Shown: piece by piece, positions 19,178 through 28,231 of the stretch
Position numbering within the stretch: the first letter of the stretch is position 1
Layout of the letters: each line of letters begins with the position of its first letter
IMG/VR virus record: IMGVR_UViG_3300035670_000028
Location: 83,187-147,186 of that record
Source: a virus
Strand: one strand, 5' to 3'
DNA length: 64,000 nt
Position numbers and translations under genes: made by a program
The notes under the pieces: model-generated
What the model was told of the DNA's origin: nothing
What the model saw: the letters and a program-made list of their open reading frames with translations, nothing else
Databases searched by the model: none

Positions 19178-19412
19178 GGAAATCATTCACGAGCTGGTTG
19201 AGAAGGTGATCGACCTGGAGCACGAGATCAAGACCCTCCAGGAGAATCGCAAGGACATCCTTGACGAGTACAAGGACAAGATCGATCTCAAGGTGTTCAA
19301 CGCAGCCCTCAAGATCGCCCGCATCAAGGCGAAGCTGGCGCAGACCTCCGATGAGTCCCTCGACGAGGTGCTCGATGCGGTCGAGGACAAGATCTGCGTC
19401 AACGTGGGCTGA
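19161..19412 (+). CDS. GapR/DUF2312 (T4 DsbA)-like DNA-binding protein
   Basis: LEHEIKTLQENRKDI...DLKVFNAALKIAR pattern. Confidence 0.6.
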   Translation: MTTMNKEIIHELVEKVIDLEHEIKTLQENRKDILDEYKDKIDLKVFNAALKIARIKAKLAQTSDESLDEVLDAVEDKICVNVG

Positions 19413-19414
19413 AG

Positions 19415-20098
19415 ATGACTACACGAAAGGTCCTCAGCTATCCTGACCCCCGTCTCAGGGAGATCTCTGAGCCTGTCACGCAGTTCGACGACGAGCTCAA
19501 GACGATCGTCCAGGACATGGTGGACACCATCGAGGTGATGGGCGGGGCAGGTCTCGCAGCTCCGCAGATCGGTGTGCACAAGCGTGTCCTCGTGATCAAG
19601 AGCAAGCTCTTCGTCGAGGAGAGCCCCGACGCCTCCTACAGCCCAGAGACGTGGGTCCTGGTTAATCCTGTGATTCGTGCCTCTGGCAGCACCCAGCGTT
19701 GGTCCGAGGCGTGCCTCTCTGTGCCACTAGGCAGCGGCAATGTCGATCGGCACGAGGACGTCGAGGTGAAGTACCAGCGCCTCGACGGCACTGAGAACAC
19801 TGTCACTGTGAAGTGGCCCCTGTCAGGCGCCCTTCAACACGAGGCAGACCACCTGAACGGCATCCTCTACATCGACCACTTGGGTACCCTCGAGCGATCG
19901 CTCGTGGTCAGAAAGGTGGAGAAGATGCACAAGCGCCTGAGTGAGCTCGCCGAGGCGAAGAAGGAGCAGGAGATCCTGGACCTCAGGGGGTCAAAGGCTC
20001 TCCTCAAGTACAGGGCAGAGAAGGCTGGACAGGCGGTTCCCGAGAAGCGCCGCGACAAGCCCGGCAAGAAGTTCGGAAGACTAAAGAAGCGCAAGTGA
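19415..20098 (+). CDS. def: Peptide deformylase
   Basis: GAGLAAPQIG, EACLS, QHEADHLNG. Confidence 0.95.
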   Translation: MTTRKVLSYPDPRLREISEPVTQFDDELKTIVQDMVDTIEVMGGAGLAAPQIGVHKRVLVIKSKLFVEESPDASYSPETWVLVNPVIRASGSTQRWSEACLSVPLGSGNVDRHEDVEVKYQRLDGTENTVTVKWPLSGALQHEADHLNGILYIDHLGTLERSLVVRKVEKMHKRLSELAEAKKEQEILDLRGSKALLKYRAEKAGQAVPEKRRDKPGKKFGRLKKRK

Positions 20099-20110
20099 GA
20101 CTTGTGGTCG

Positions 20111-20147
20111 ACCAGCAGCACTCGACGAAAAAGAGTGCCGCTGGTTT
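20111..20147 (+). terminator. Hairpin, probable terminator
   Basis: ACCAGCaGCACTC...GAGTGCcGCTGGT followed by short T run. Confidence 0.55.
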
Positions 20148-20191
20148 GCCGTTTAAGTGCAATCCTAGATCAGACGGTGTAGTATTGAACC

Positions 20192-20356
20192 ATGGCTAAG
20201 GCAAAGAAGATCAACAAGCGAGGCATCGCCCGGTCGCACTTCTTTGCCACGGTGGGCGACCTTGCACGGTGGCGCGGTCGCACGGCTATTTTCAAGGACC
20301 AACGACTTGAGGCAGACCGCAGGGCGTGTCGTGTGAGGGTGACAGACCATGAGTGA
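20192..20356 (+). CDS. 54-aa basic protein, probably leaderless (not in ORF track)
   Basis: ATG 6 nt after GTGCAA-N17-TAGTAT (20157-20185). Confidence 0.6.
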   Translation: MAKAKKINKRGIARSHFFATVGDLARWRGRTAIFKDQRLEADRRACRVRVTDHE

Positions 20357-20618
20357 CATGAAGATGTTTGAGATATACATGTTCTCCGATCAGGTGAACA
20401 AGAGCGGCCACGGTGGCCACGTTCGATTCGTCGCCGCCAAGGACGAGCACGATGCTAGCCACAAGGTGGCCTTCGTGTGGGGACACTGGTGGCGCACGTG
20501 CGGCATCCGAGAGGTGGACATGCACTACTGGTGTGACACCCACTCCACCCTGGTGGAGGGCAAGTCTGCGCACTCACTGTCACTGCAGGCGTACAACGAG
20601 TACTGTGGAAAGGTCTGA
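20349..20618 (+). CDS. Hypothetical protein
   Basis: ORF, GAGG SD. Confidence 0.65.
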   Translation: MSDMKMFEIYMFSDQVNKSGHGGHVRFVAAKDEHDASHKVAFVWGHWWRTCGIREVDMHYWCDTHSTLVEGKSAHSLSLQAYNEYCGKV

Positions 20619-20628
20619 GGAGAGTCAC

Positions 20629-21855
20629 ATGCTGGTGAGCGAGATCCTGGAGAGTGTTCAGAATGAGTCGGGCTCCAACGCGAAGATGGAGATCCTCCGA
20701 CGACACAAGGGCAACAAGATCCTCGTGAAGGCACTTCGAATGGGGCACGACCCGTTCACGCCCTTTCACGTGGTGAAGGTTCCCGCTGTCACCAAGAAGC
20801 AGCGCGCCGCACTCTCCCAGGAGTCAGACCGCTGGGGAGGCTTCTTCACTGCGGCTGGCAAGTGTGCTGCCCGCAAGGTGACAGGCAACGCCGCAGTGGA
20901 GACGATCCATGCTGCCCTGTGCGGCGCCACGGAGGCTGAGGAGAAGTGGATGCGCAAGATCCTCAAGAAGCACATGGCGATCGGTGCGTCCGAGAAGACC
21001 ATCAACAAGGTGATGCCGGGCACCGTGCCCACCTTCGACGTGCAGCTCGCCCAGAAGTTCGAGGAGAAGCGCCTCGCGGGCCGAAAGCAGGTTGCTGTGG
21101 AACCCAAGCTGGACGGCATCCGGTGCTTCGCCGTGGTCCGAGACGGCAACGCCACCCTGTTCGCCCGCAGCGGCAAGCAGATCACCAACTTCGACGACAC
21201 GATCGGCGCGGAGCTCGCCACACTCGAGGACGGGTGCTACGACGGCGAGATCATGGGCAAGGACTTCACTGCCCTCATGCAGCAGGCCTACCGGAAGGAC
21301 GACGTTGACGTCAGGGACACTTACCTCGCCCTGTTTGATTATCTACCCATCGAGGAGTGGGATAGCAAGGAGACGGCCCTGGGCTGCTCCAAGAGGTACG
21401 CCGCCCTGAGCACCCGACTGAAGCCCGGGCTGAAGCACCTGCGCCTCGTGCCCCGCACCCTCACGGAGCCGAGCTACGGGCCGATCAAGGCGCTGCACGA
21501 CACGTACGTCTCCCAGGGCTACGAGGGCGCGATGGTGAAGGACGTCGAAGCGCCCTACCTTTTCGGCCGCGGTCACGAGGTGATGAAGCTCAAGGCCTTC
21601 CACGACGCCGACCTCCGGATCGAGGGGTTCATCGAGGGCACGGGCAAGCACGAGGGCAAGCTGGGATCTGTCCTGGTCGACTACGAGGGCGTGCAGGTGC
21701 AGGTGGGCTCCGGGTTCAGCGATGAGCTTCGAGAGCAGATCTGGGCTGACCAGAAGTCCTTCCTCGGCCGGATGATCGAGGTGCGGTACCAGGAGGTGAC
21801 TCCGGACGGCTCGCTGCGGTTTCCCACCTTCAAGTGCTTCCGAAATGATCGCTGA
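20629..21855 (+). CDS. ATP-dependent DNA ligase
   Basis: EPKLDGIR, DGE, EGAMVK, KLK, VGSG, SLRFP; GAGGAG SD before ATG 20629. Confidence 0.95.
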   Translation: MLVSEILESVQNESGSNAKMEILRRHKGNKILVKALRMGHDPFTPFHVVKVPAVTKKQRAALSQESDRWGGFFTAAGKCAARKVTGNAAVETIHAALCGATEAEEKWMRKILKKHMAIGASEKTINKVMPGTVPTFDVQLAQKFEEKRLAGRKQVAVEPKLDGIRCFAVVRDGNATLFARSGKQITNFDDTIGAELATLEDGCYDGEIMGKDFTALMQQAYRKDDVDVRDTYLALFDYLPIEEWDSKETALGCSKRYAALSTRLKPGLKHLRLVPRTLTEPSYGPIKALHDTYVSQGYEGAMVKDVEAPYLFGRGHEVMKLKAFHDADLRIEGFIEGTGKHEGKLGSVLVDYEGVQVQVGSGFSDELREQIWADQKSFLGRMIEVRYQEVTPDGSLRFPTFKCFRNDR

Positions 21856-21877
21856 CTGACTGATTACGCTGTCAACT

Positions 21878-21908
21878 CTCCGCTAGGCTCATACTTATGC
21901 TAGCGGAG
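21878..21908 (+). promoter_or_regulatory. ATACTTA promoter motif in the loop of an SD-sequestering hairpin
   Basis: CTCCGCTAG / CTAGCGGAG arms; 3' arm contains GGAG. Confidence 0.65.
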
Positions 21909-21918
21909 CAGGGTATAA

Positions 21919-22314
21919 ATGACAGCAAACAATCAGTACTACATGGGTGAGAACTTTGTGCCGGCGTATCAAATGTCGGCAACGCCCTTCGTCACATCTT
22001 CAAACGTGACGCTTGGACAGACGAAGGAGATAGCGTTCGGAAACGTGACCCGTTTCCTGATCGTCAAGAACACCGGCGCCTCGAGCACGATGTTGGCGGT
22101 GGGGTTCACACAGAACGGCCTCAAGCCTGCCAACTCCAACTACTTCCTGCTCAGCGGCTCCGAGGCATTCTCAGCTGAGCTTCGTGTGGACAGGGTGTTC
22201 ATCTCTGGCAGCGCCGGCGCCCCGAACTTCACAGTCGTGGCGGGCCTCACAGGCGTTGATCCTAGCAGGTTCCTCCTGGTCACCTCCTCAAACGGATTCA
22301 ACGGAGTAGGTTGA
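21919..22314 (+). CDS. Beta-rich putative structural protein
   Basis: S/T/G/N-rich beta pattern; ATACTTA upstream. Confidence 0.65.
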   Translation: MTANNQYYMGENFVPAYQMSATPFVTSSNVTLGQTKEIAFGNVTRFLIVKNTGASSTMLAVGFTQNGLKPANSNYFLLSGSEAFSAELRVDRVFISGSAGAPNFTVVAGLTGVDPSRFLLVTSSNGFNGVG

Positions 22315-22320
22315 GTCGAT

Positions 22321-23082
22321 ATGGCGGACAATGGCTTCGCCACCGGGTTTGGAACGAGCTTTGGTCCAGGTGGATTTGGCGCAGGATTCGCTGCAGCACC
22401 TGAAACTGCAGGTCCTATCTTGACTGGCCTTGTGCTGCAGTATGACATCGGCAATGCGACATCCTATCCTGGGTCTGGCAACACAGTGTACGATCTACAG
22501 GGAAACAGCAATGCCACACTGGTGAATTCACCCACGTACTCCAGCGGTTACTTACAGTTCGACGGCACGAACGAATACCTGATGACGAACACATCGCTCG
22601 CATCCAAGGTGACGACCGATATCACATCGATCTCGATGTGGGCATATCCAATGGACAACGGTGTACTCCTCAGCGAGCAAGGATCAACTTCTCTCAATGC
22701 TGGCTGGCACGACTCGCAGATGGAGATGGTGGCCGGCACGATGAATTTTGGAATGTGGAATGGCACGGGCATCACATCGATAACCTCAGCGATCGCCACA
22801 CCCCTCAACGCCTGGTACAACTTCACCATGGTGTACAATGGCACGAAGCTCACTGCCTACGTCAACGGTGCCAACGCAGGAGAAGTGACTTTTGCCCGCG
22901 TTAATCCAATCGAGGGTGGAACCGGAATACACTACGCGATCGCAGCGGAGGACTCTACTGATATGGGTGACGGTAGCTACGCCAACATGCGTCTAGGCCA
23001 GTTCCTAGTGTACAGTGTGGCACTCACAGCGGATCAAGTGCTGGAGAACTTCAACGCCACGAGAACCACCTATGGGATTTAA
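22321..23082 (+). CDS. LamG/concanavalin-like domain protein (putative tail/decoration)
   Basis: SYPGSG...FDG...W...W...YVNG...Y..AL pattern. Confidence 0.8.
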   Translation: MADNGFATGFGTSFGPGGFGAGFAAAPETAGPILTGLVLQYDIGNATSYPGSGNTVYDLQGNSNATLVNSPTYSSGYLQFDGTNEYLMTNTSLASKVTTDITSISMWAYPMDNGVLLSEQGSTSLNAGWHDSQMEMVAGTMNFGMWNGTGITSITSAIATPLNAWYNFTMVYNGTKLTAYVNGANAGEVTFARVNPIEGGTGIHYAIAAEDSTDMGDGSYANMRLGQFLVYSVALTADQVLENFNATRTTYGI

Positions 23083-23153
23083 GTGAGCGAAGACCCTGTC
23101 GAGTGTGCAAATTGACTCATTCGTGTGTTATACTGTTGACATAGGAGAAGCGC

Positions 23154-23537
23154 ATGAGCTCAACGTACGAGAGAAACAGGATGATCGCCCAGCTTAAGCT
23201 CCTCGAGGCCGGTGTGGTACCAGTCGATCGAGGCTTCCTCGCCTCTATCGCGAAGGGGCCTGCTAGACCCCTTAAGGTCGTTCGCGACAGCCTCTCGTCC
23301 CTCTCGCCGGAGGAACGTCGAAAGTCGACTCGCAAGTTCCGCAAGCTGCACCGCAAGGTTGCGAAGGAGCTCATGAAGAAGGCCAATCGCGTGGAGAAGG
23401 CTCGAGCCCGAGGAATGCAGGAGTTCCTTGCTGCGAGCGAAAAGGGCCCCTCGAGGCCCACACCCAAGTGCCATGATGCCAGAAACCGCGAGGTGTGGCA
23501 GTACTTCATGCACCTCGCCGCAACCGGAAAGATCTGA
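23154..23537 (+). CDS. Basic hypothetical protein
   Basis: AGGAG SD; GTGCAA...TATACT promoter at 23105-23134. Confidence 0.7.
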   Translation: MSSTYERNRMIAQLKLLEAGVVPVDRGFLASIAKGPARPLKVVRDSLSSLSPEERRKSTRKFRKLHRKVAKELMKKANRVEKARARGMQEFLAASEKGPSRPTPKCHDARNREVWQYFMHLAATGKI

Positions 23538-23572
23538 GGCGCATACTTATTGACATTGTCAGGAGTCAGCTG

Positions 23573-23830
23573 ATGGATCAGAGAACAATGAAGGCGAAGG
23601 AAGAGCTCGCGGTGTACAAGGCGATTAGCAGACTGCCCATGCAGGTCGAGGAGATGACCCTCCTACTCAAGAAGGACTTCGGACAGCTTGTGGTCGAGCA
23701 CGAGCTTGACCTCTGCCAGGGAAACATGATGCGTGCCTGGCTCATGTCCGAGGTGCGCCGGCACAAGATGCAGCACCTGAGTGGAAATCGAAGCCAAGAG
23801 GTTCAGGACCTCCTCGATCGCATGCTCTGA
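23573..23830 (+). CDS. Hypothetical protein
   Basis: AGGAG SD; ATACTTA at 23543. Confidence 0.65.
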   Translation: MDQRTMKAKEELAVYKAISRLPMQVEEMTLLLKKDFGQLVVEHELDLCQGNMMRAWLMSEVRRHKMQHLSGNRSQEVQDLLDRML

Positions 23831-23882
23831 TACAAATCGATTCTCCTGGCAATAATTGCCTCTGTTCCTAGAAGGAGGACAA

Positions 23883-24200
23883 ATGGCAGGATCTGATAGC
23901 ACAAACGCACCTGGGCGTCCATGGACGATTGTAGGCACATTCTCAACGTACGAGGCTGCTTCCGCAAAGGCAGCCCAGCACAAGGGCCCGAGGAACGTCG
24001 AGGTGAAGATCAAGAAGCTGTCGACAGGCTTCACGGTTCGAACTCGTCAGGAGGAGCGTGCGGCATCTCCTGTTCATCAGGAGTCCGCGCCCTCAGGCGC
24101 AGTGAAGAAGACCAAGATGAAGGCGAAGGAGCGGCGTGCTCTGGAGCGCAGCGCCAGCGCTGAGGACTCTCTTGATTCGCCTGCTGAAAAAACTTCCTAA
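23883..24200 (+). CDS. Hypothetical protein
   Basis: AAGGAGG SD. Confidence 0.65.
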   Translation: MAGSDSTNAPGRPWTIVGTFSTYEAASAKAAQHKGPRNVEVKIKKLSTGFTVRTRQEERAASPVHQESAPSGAVKKTKMKAKERRALERSASAEDSLDSPAEKTS

Positions 24201-24780
24201 CACCGTATACGTGGCAGTGTCAGGTGGTGTTGACTCGATGGCAGCACTTGACTTCGCCCGCCGCGGCAAGCGGGCAGTTCACGTGCTTCACTTCGACCAC
24301 GGCACAAAACACGGCTCCGAGGCGAGAAAGTTCATCGAGGCGTACTGCTCATCGGAGCGTATTCCTCTGACAATCTCATCACTGCAGCGTCCCAGGGATC
24401 CCAGTGAGTCACTAGAGGAGTACTGGCGCAATGAGAGGATCAGGTTCTTTAGGGAGCACACTGACGCTCCGATTGTGACAGCGCACCACTTGGACGATGC
24501 AGTTGAGTGGTGGATCTTCACCTCTCTTCACGGATCGCCTAGGCTCATGTCGTACAGTAATGACGCGACGGGTGTGATCAGGCCCTTCCTCGCGACGCCA
24601 AAGGACGAGCTTGTCTCGTGGTGTGAGAGGAAGGGTGTGCCGCACGTGAGCGATCCCAGCAATGAGTCGAGAAATCACAGCAGGAATAGGATTCGTCACG
24701 ATATTGTGCCGCATGCCCTCGTAGTCAATCCTGGGCTTCGGACTGTAATCAAGAAGAAGATTGTGGAGGAGCTAGGATGA
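24172..24780 (+). CDS. tilS: tRNA(Ile)-lysidine synthetase, minimal catalytic domain
   Basis: AVSGGVDS PP-loop, AHHLDD, IRP, DPSN, RNRIR; start estimated (TTG after GAGGA). Confidence 0.85.
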   Translation: MIRLLKKLPNTVYVAVSGGVDSMAALDFARRGKRAVHVLHFDHGTKHGSEARKFIEAYCSSERIPLTISSLQRPRDPSESLEEYWRNERIRFFREHTDAPIVTAHHLDDAVEWWIFTSLHGSPRLMSYSNDATGVIRPFLATPKDELVSWCERKGVPHVSDPSNESRNHSRNRIRHDIVPHALVVNPGLRTVIKKKIVEELG

Positions 24781-25085
24781 CTGACAAGAAGATATTCTAT
24801 ATTGTTGAGGCATTGCGGTGGGGTGATCGCGAGAGTCACTCATACATTGTTGGACTGTACAGTGAGCTCGACCGTGCGAAAGCCGCAGCCGATGCGCACT
24901 CAGAGTACCGCGGAGGTAAGTACTCTTGCCAGGTGTTCCAGTGCGCTGTTGATGAGGAAGTTGACACTGACTGGAATGCGTCACTTCTGTATGAGTCCAA
25001 GTGTGCATTTGAGATAGACAAGGACGCAGCAGACTTCAGGTCAATTCTTGAGACGCTCTCAAAGCGTGCAAAGGAGCGCCAGTGA
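24777..25085 (+). CDS. Hypothetical protein
   Basis: Coupled ORF. Confidence 0.65.
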   Translation: MTDKKIFYIVEALRWGDRESHSYIVGLYSELDRAKAAADAHSEYRGGKYSCQVFQCAVDEEVDTDWNASLLYESKCAFEIDKDAADFRSILETLSKRAKERQ

Positions 25086-25348
25086 ACGATAAGTCAGAAT
25101 CAGGTCTTAAAATCTCGCTGGCGATCTCCGGCATCATCTTGCTATTGGGCGCCATCTACCTAGCGTTCACCAGGGAGCAGAGATCCGCTGTGGAGAGAGT
25201 AGAGGCCCTTCGAAGACGGTGCGAGTCGACAGGCGGAGTGTACATTGAGGGCACATCTGGACCCTATGGCGGCGACACGCAGTTCTCCCTCTGCATTCCT
25301 GAGCGCGCATTCGAGTGCATCGACTCCGAGATAGTGGATGTCGAGTGA
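25082..25348 (+). CDS. Single-TM membrane protein
   Basis: Hydrophobic N-terminal helix; AAGGAG SD. Confidence 0.65.
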   Translation: MNDKSESGLKISLAISGIILLLGAIYLAFTREQRSAVERVEALRRRCESTGGVYIEGTSGPYGGDTQFSLCIPERAFECIDSEIVDVE

Positions 25349-25527
25349 TGGATGAAAAGGCCCACATTGATAGTATCGTCGTCGCGATCCGTCAGAGGAT
25401 GCGGGCCCGATGGCCAAAATTGCAAATTCTTCAGGAGCTTGGTAAACAAGTGCCCATGGACCTGCTATTCATATGCTACAAGGCAGCTGCCCTGATGGAG
25501 CGCGATTACGGCAGGAGAATGGACTGA
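25348..25527 (+). CDS. Small hypothetical protein
   Basis: TGATG coupling. Confidence 0.55.
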   Translation: MDEKAHIDSIVVAIRQRMRARWPKLQILQELGKQVPMDLLFICYKAAALMERDYGRRMD

Positions 25528-25537
25528 TCTTACTTAT

Positions 25538-25626
25538 AGAGGGGTGCGTGAGTGGTTGAAACGGCGGCACTGGAAATGCCGTGTGCCCGCAAAAGGGCAC
25601 CGGAGGTTCGAATCCTCTCCTCTCTG
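25538..25626 (+). tRNA. tRNA-Ser(GGA), CCA not encoded
   Basis: AGAGGGG/CCTCTCT acceptor stem, CTGGAAA loop, long variable arm, GGTTCGAATCC, G73. Confidence 0.93.
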
Positions 25627-25746
25627 CTAGAGACAGGGTGACGCATATTTAACGATTCATGCGATCACCACTTGATACCAAGGTAGTATGGGTGATGATA
25701 ATCACCACAGGACTAGTCATTTACTTCAGCATTTTTAGGTGATAAC

Positions 25747-26007
25747 GTGATCTGGAACTATAGAATCATAAGACACCACAGTTCTCACACAGGTGACACA
25801 GGTGATGTTTGGTTCGCTGTGCACGAGGTGTACTACGATGAATCAGACAATCCTGTTGGCATCACTGAGCGACCGATCGCACCGCAGGGTCAGACGTTAG
25901 AGGAGGTGCTGAAGGACATGGAGCTCATGAAAGCAGCTGCAGATAAGCCCACGTTGGATTACACGCTATTCTCTGACACGGAACGAGGTAACAATGACGG
26001 TGAGTAG
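25747..26007 (+). CDS. Hypothetical phage protein (WNYRII...HEVYY)
   Basis: ORF, motif typical of small phage proteins. Confidence 0.7.
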   Translation: MIWNYRIIRHHSSHTGDTGDVWFAVHEVYYDESDNPVGITERPIAPQGQTLEEVLKDMELMKAAADKPTLDYTLFSDTERGNNDGE

Positions 26008-26028
26008 AAAGTGTCCCTGTGATCATCT

Positions 26029-26286
26029 GTGTGCCTTCTGTGGAGTAGTCTTGTGAGCGGTGTGTACATGCATATGCAGGACGGACAGCTCTACCTGCTC
26101 AGGTGGGCACAAAGAGTCCTCACCTCACCGGCGCAGCTCGAGGCGATCGCCTACAATCAGCCTGGCCTTCGTGTGATTCAGGACGTCAATAGGATTGACT
26201 TTGTCACGCTGAGTCCTGAGGCGCTTCGCAGGCCCTCAGTTCCTCCAGTTGATCCCGCTTCCTCACCCCGGGGAGTTGACGAGTGA
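26029..26286 (+). CDS. Hypothetical protein (start uncertain)
   Basis: ORF. Confidence 0.45.
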   Translation: MCLLWSSLVSGVYMHMQDGQLYLLRWAQRVLTSPAQLEAIAYNQPGLRVIQDVNRIDFVTLSPEALRRPSVPPVDPASSPRGVDE

Positions 26287-26376
26287 TCGCGCTTTATTAC
26301 GGCATTCTCATCTCCTTGCTAATTCTTCCGCCGGCTGTCGCGATCAAATGCGATACCTATGTCAAGGAGGTTGTGT

Positions 26377-26595
26377 ATGAACAATCGTCTGCTAATGATA
26401 AAGGTGTTCCTGTGGCGGCTGGTGTCAATTCCGATATCAGCTATCGCGACCTATGTCTACACCGGTGAGATGAGGAGCTCGATCGAGCTCACAGTGATCC
26501 TCACCATTGTCCTCACCACATGTCAGTTTGTGTACGAGAAGATGTGGCGCGCGTTCTTGGTGGATAGGCTGAAAAAGGTTCTAAAGAAATTGTAA
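26377..26595 (+). CDS. Small two-TM protein (DUF2061-like)
   Basis: K...WR...TG...YEK.W pattern; AAGGAGG SD. Confidence 0.65.
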   Translation: MNNRLLMIKVFLWRLVSIPISAIATYVYTGEMRSSIELTVILTIVLTTCQFVYEKMWRAFLVDRLKKVLKKL

Positions 26596-26631
26596 AGACA
26601 CCTGACGCAATCTATAATATAAACATACTTC

Positions 26632-26714
26632 GGGCCGTTGGCGGAATTGGTCAAACGCAGTCGCCTCATAAGCGATCGCCTTCGGGTTTGGGGGTTCGAG
26701 TCCCTCACGGCCTA
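26632..26714 (+). tRNA. tRNA with CAT anticodon (Ile2-like) and long variable arm; CCA not encoded
   Basis: GGGCCGT/ACGGCCT stem, GTCGC-CTCATAA-GCGAT, 13-nt variable region, GGTTCGAGTCC, A73; TTGTAA-N17-TATAAT upstream. Confidence 0.88.
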
Positions 26715-26734
26715 CTAATTGTTGATTGAAAGAT

Positions 26735-27769
26735 ATGGAAACAGCTCTAAGTTTTGATGATGTGTTGCTGCTGCCGCAGCACTCCGATATCGCGCACAGG
26801 GGAGACATTGACATCAGCGTCGACCTCAAGAGATTCGGAAAGATTCGAAGCCCCATCATCTCCTCACCGATGGACACGGTGACAGGTGGACGTCTAGCAA
26901 AGATGATGTGGCACTTGGGAGGCCTAGGCATCATTCACCGCTACAACTCAGTGACATCACAGTGCGATGAGGTGGATACTGCCTGCACTACTTCAGGTGT
27001 CTCAAATCCCACACACCACTGCGGTGCTGCTGTGGGTGTGACAGGCGACTACCTTGAGCGCGCTGTGAGGCTTGTTGAGAAGGGCGCGTGCCTCATTTGC
27101 GTCGATGTCGCACACGGCGACCACTCACAGGTGGTGTACGCAGTCGAGAGAATCCGCAAGGAAGTGGGAAGCAGAGTCCACATCATGGCGGGCAATGTGG
27201 CGACTCGAGAGGGATTTGACCTGCTTGTCAGGTCGGGCGCGGACAGTGTTCGTGTTGGAATTGGCGGCGGATCGATCTGCAGCACACGCACACAGACAGG
27301 TCACGGCGCACCGACCCTGTGGTCCATCATTGAGTGCGCGAAGTCGGAGAACTCAGGCGAGGCAGCCATCATCGCAGACGGCGGCATTAAGACATCAGGT
27401 GACGCTGTCAAAGCTCTCGCGGCAGGAGCTGATGCTGTCATGCTGGGATCAATGCTGTCTGGAACTGATGAGACTCCGGGCGATCCTGTCTGGATGAACC
27501 TGCGGTCCTACAAGAAGTACAGGGGCATGGCCTCAGTGGAGGCACAGGTTTCCTGGAGGGGACACGCAGCCTCAGAGGAGGGTGTCACTGCATGGGTGCC
27601 CTGCAAGGGTCCGCTTCACGAGGTGCTCGGATCGATCGAGCGTGGAATTCGTAGCGGCCTCTCCTATTCCGGAGCAGTCAGCATCGCAAACCTGCAGGCA
27701 AAGGCGAAGTTTATGAGAATCACGCCTGCAGGTATACTAGAGAGCACTACACACATCAACAACATCTGA
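26735..27769 (+). CDS. guaB: IMP dehydrogenase / GMP reductase family, no CBS domains
   Basis: [39 protein letters not shown]. Confidence 0.9.
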   Translation: METALSFDDVLLLPQHSDIAHRGDIDISVDLKRFGKIRSPIISSPMDTVTGGRLAKMMWHLGGLGIIHRYNSVTSQCDEVDTACTTSGVSNPTHHCGAAVGVTGDYLERAVRLVEKGACLICVDVAHGDHSQVVYAVERIRKEVGSRVHIMAGNVATREGFDLLVRSGADSVRVGIGGGSICSTRTQTGHGAPTLWSIIECAKSENSGEAAIIADGGIKTSGDAVKALAAGADAVMLGSMLSGTDETPGDPVWMNLRSYKKYRGMASVEAQVSWRGHAASEEGVTAWVPCKGPLHEVLGSIERGIRSGLSYSGAVSIANLQAKAKFMRITPAGILESTTHINNI

Positions 27770-27775
27770 GGTCAC

Positions 27776-28012
27776 ATGGATAATCAAGAGACAGCGACTA
27801 GCACTTCCTCACTTCTTGTCACTGCGCTGCAGAGCCACTTCAAGGCAAAGCGCGATCAGGCGGTGGCACACCTGAGCGTTTACATCAACAATCCGGTGGG
27901 AGTGGGCGACCACCAAAATCTCCTCAAGGAGTGTGTGGACCTAGTTGACCAGATCAGCGCAGCAGAGGAAAACATGCGTGTTGTTCAGAAGCTCTTCGTG
28001 AGGAAGGACTGA
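27776..28012 (+). CDS. Hypothetical phage protein (NPVGVGDH)
   Basis: GAGG SD. Confidence 0.7.
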   Translation: MDNQETATSTSSLLVTALQSHFKAKRDQAVAHLSVYINNPVGVGDHQNLLKECVDLVDQISAAEENMRVVQKLFVRKD

Positions 28013-28015
28013 GTC

Positions 28016-28231
28016 ATGCCCTCCATTAGAACAGGTGACAAGGTCTGCTTCATCATGAATATGAGCATGAAGGGCACAGTCGTTGAGACCTACGAGAGAC
28101 GGCACAACACAATGATGGTGGATGGCCCCCTCTCCACGTCAATATACGCGCGAGTTAGGCTGACTAATCCACGTCCGGGTGTCGATCCCCTCATCGAGTG
28201 CAGACTTCAGGATCTCATGCGAGATGACTGA
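28016..28231 (+). CDS. Small SH3/KOW-like protein
   Basis: IRTGDKV...GTV...DL. Confidence 0.65.
   Translation: MPSIRTGDKVCFIMNMSMKGTVVETYERRHNTMMVDGPLSTSIYARVRLTNPRPGVDPLIECRLQDLMRDD

Noticed and set aside
20413-20628. N-terminal extension of DNA ligase in the ORF track
   Set aside because: Overlaps the 20349-20618 gene; a strong SD supports ATG 20629.
15473-27769. Bacterial chromosome origin (groEL, def, tilS, guaB, sigma)
   Set aside because: Genes are minimal, out of bacterial operon context and interspersed with many small phage-type ORFs.
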